The notes beneath the pieces are model-generated. The model searched no databases. It was given only the letters and a program-made list of their open reading frames with translations, and was not told the origin of the DNA. A stretch of DNA of 22,549 nucleotides from Octopus sinensis. Its lineage: Eukaryota. The stretch is from positions 1 to 22,549 of the forward strand of contig NW_021825116.1 in NCBI RefSeq assembly GCF_006345805.1, in the 5' to 3' direction. Numbering within the stretch: the first letter of the stretch is position 1; each line of letters opens with the position of its first letter. A program made the position numbers and the translations under genes. Shown piece after piece: positions 22,227 through 22,549 of the stretch.

Positions 22227-22549
22227 ATTGCAAACAAGTATATAGTTTATACATTATCTTCATATAAATCAGACTAGCCAATTTGACCTCGTTTCGGAAG
22301 TGAGACGAATACGTGATATTGATAAGTCGCAACAACGGCGAAATACATATTCGTTGCACTCGCAGCCACTTCCGATACGATTACGTTTCACCTAACTCTG
22401 AAGCAAATTGTGTTTTCATTCAACTCAATACATCTAAAATTTGCAACGTTATACATGGATTTTAGAATGCTATATAGATAATATGAATGCTATCTTTTAA
22501 TAGATTATGTTCAAGATTTCATTCTACACTTCTACGGGTAATTGTCTTT

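Overview
Eukaryotic, AT-rich DNA dominated by microsatellites and retroelements. The repeat landscape suggests a coleoid cephalopod such as Octopus (inference). Almost all listed ORFs are microsatellite read-throughs. The one well-supported host gene is on the minus strand: two spliced exons (20878-20804 and 9005-8747) join across a ~11.8-kb phase-2 intron to give CPCCNTSCC...MWYFW|VFMVMFLATCCGVC...KRKR...LPPPSYME, a VOPP1/WBP1-family single-pass membrane protein with a PPxY motif. The remainder comprises tRNA-derived SINEs, R4/Dong-type LINE endonuclease fragments embedded in (AAT)n, seven copies of a retroposon 3' end with (AAT)n tails, non-autonomous Helitrons, and a mariner fragment with a nested SINE. 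Best finds: (1) a well-formed type I minimal hammerhead ribozyme at 17129-17202, inside a predicted ~180-nt self-closing fold; (2) a ~230-bp inverted repeat enclosing the 75-nt exon; (3) a second, degenerate hammerhead downstream of a SINE-like head.
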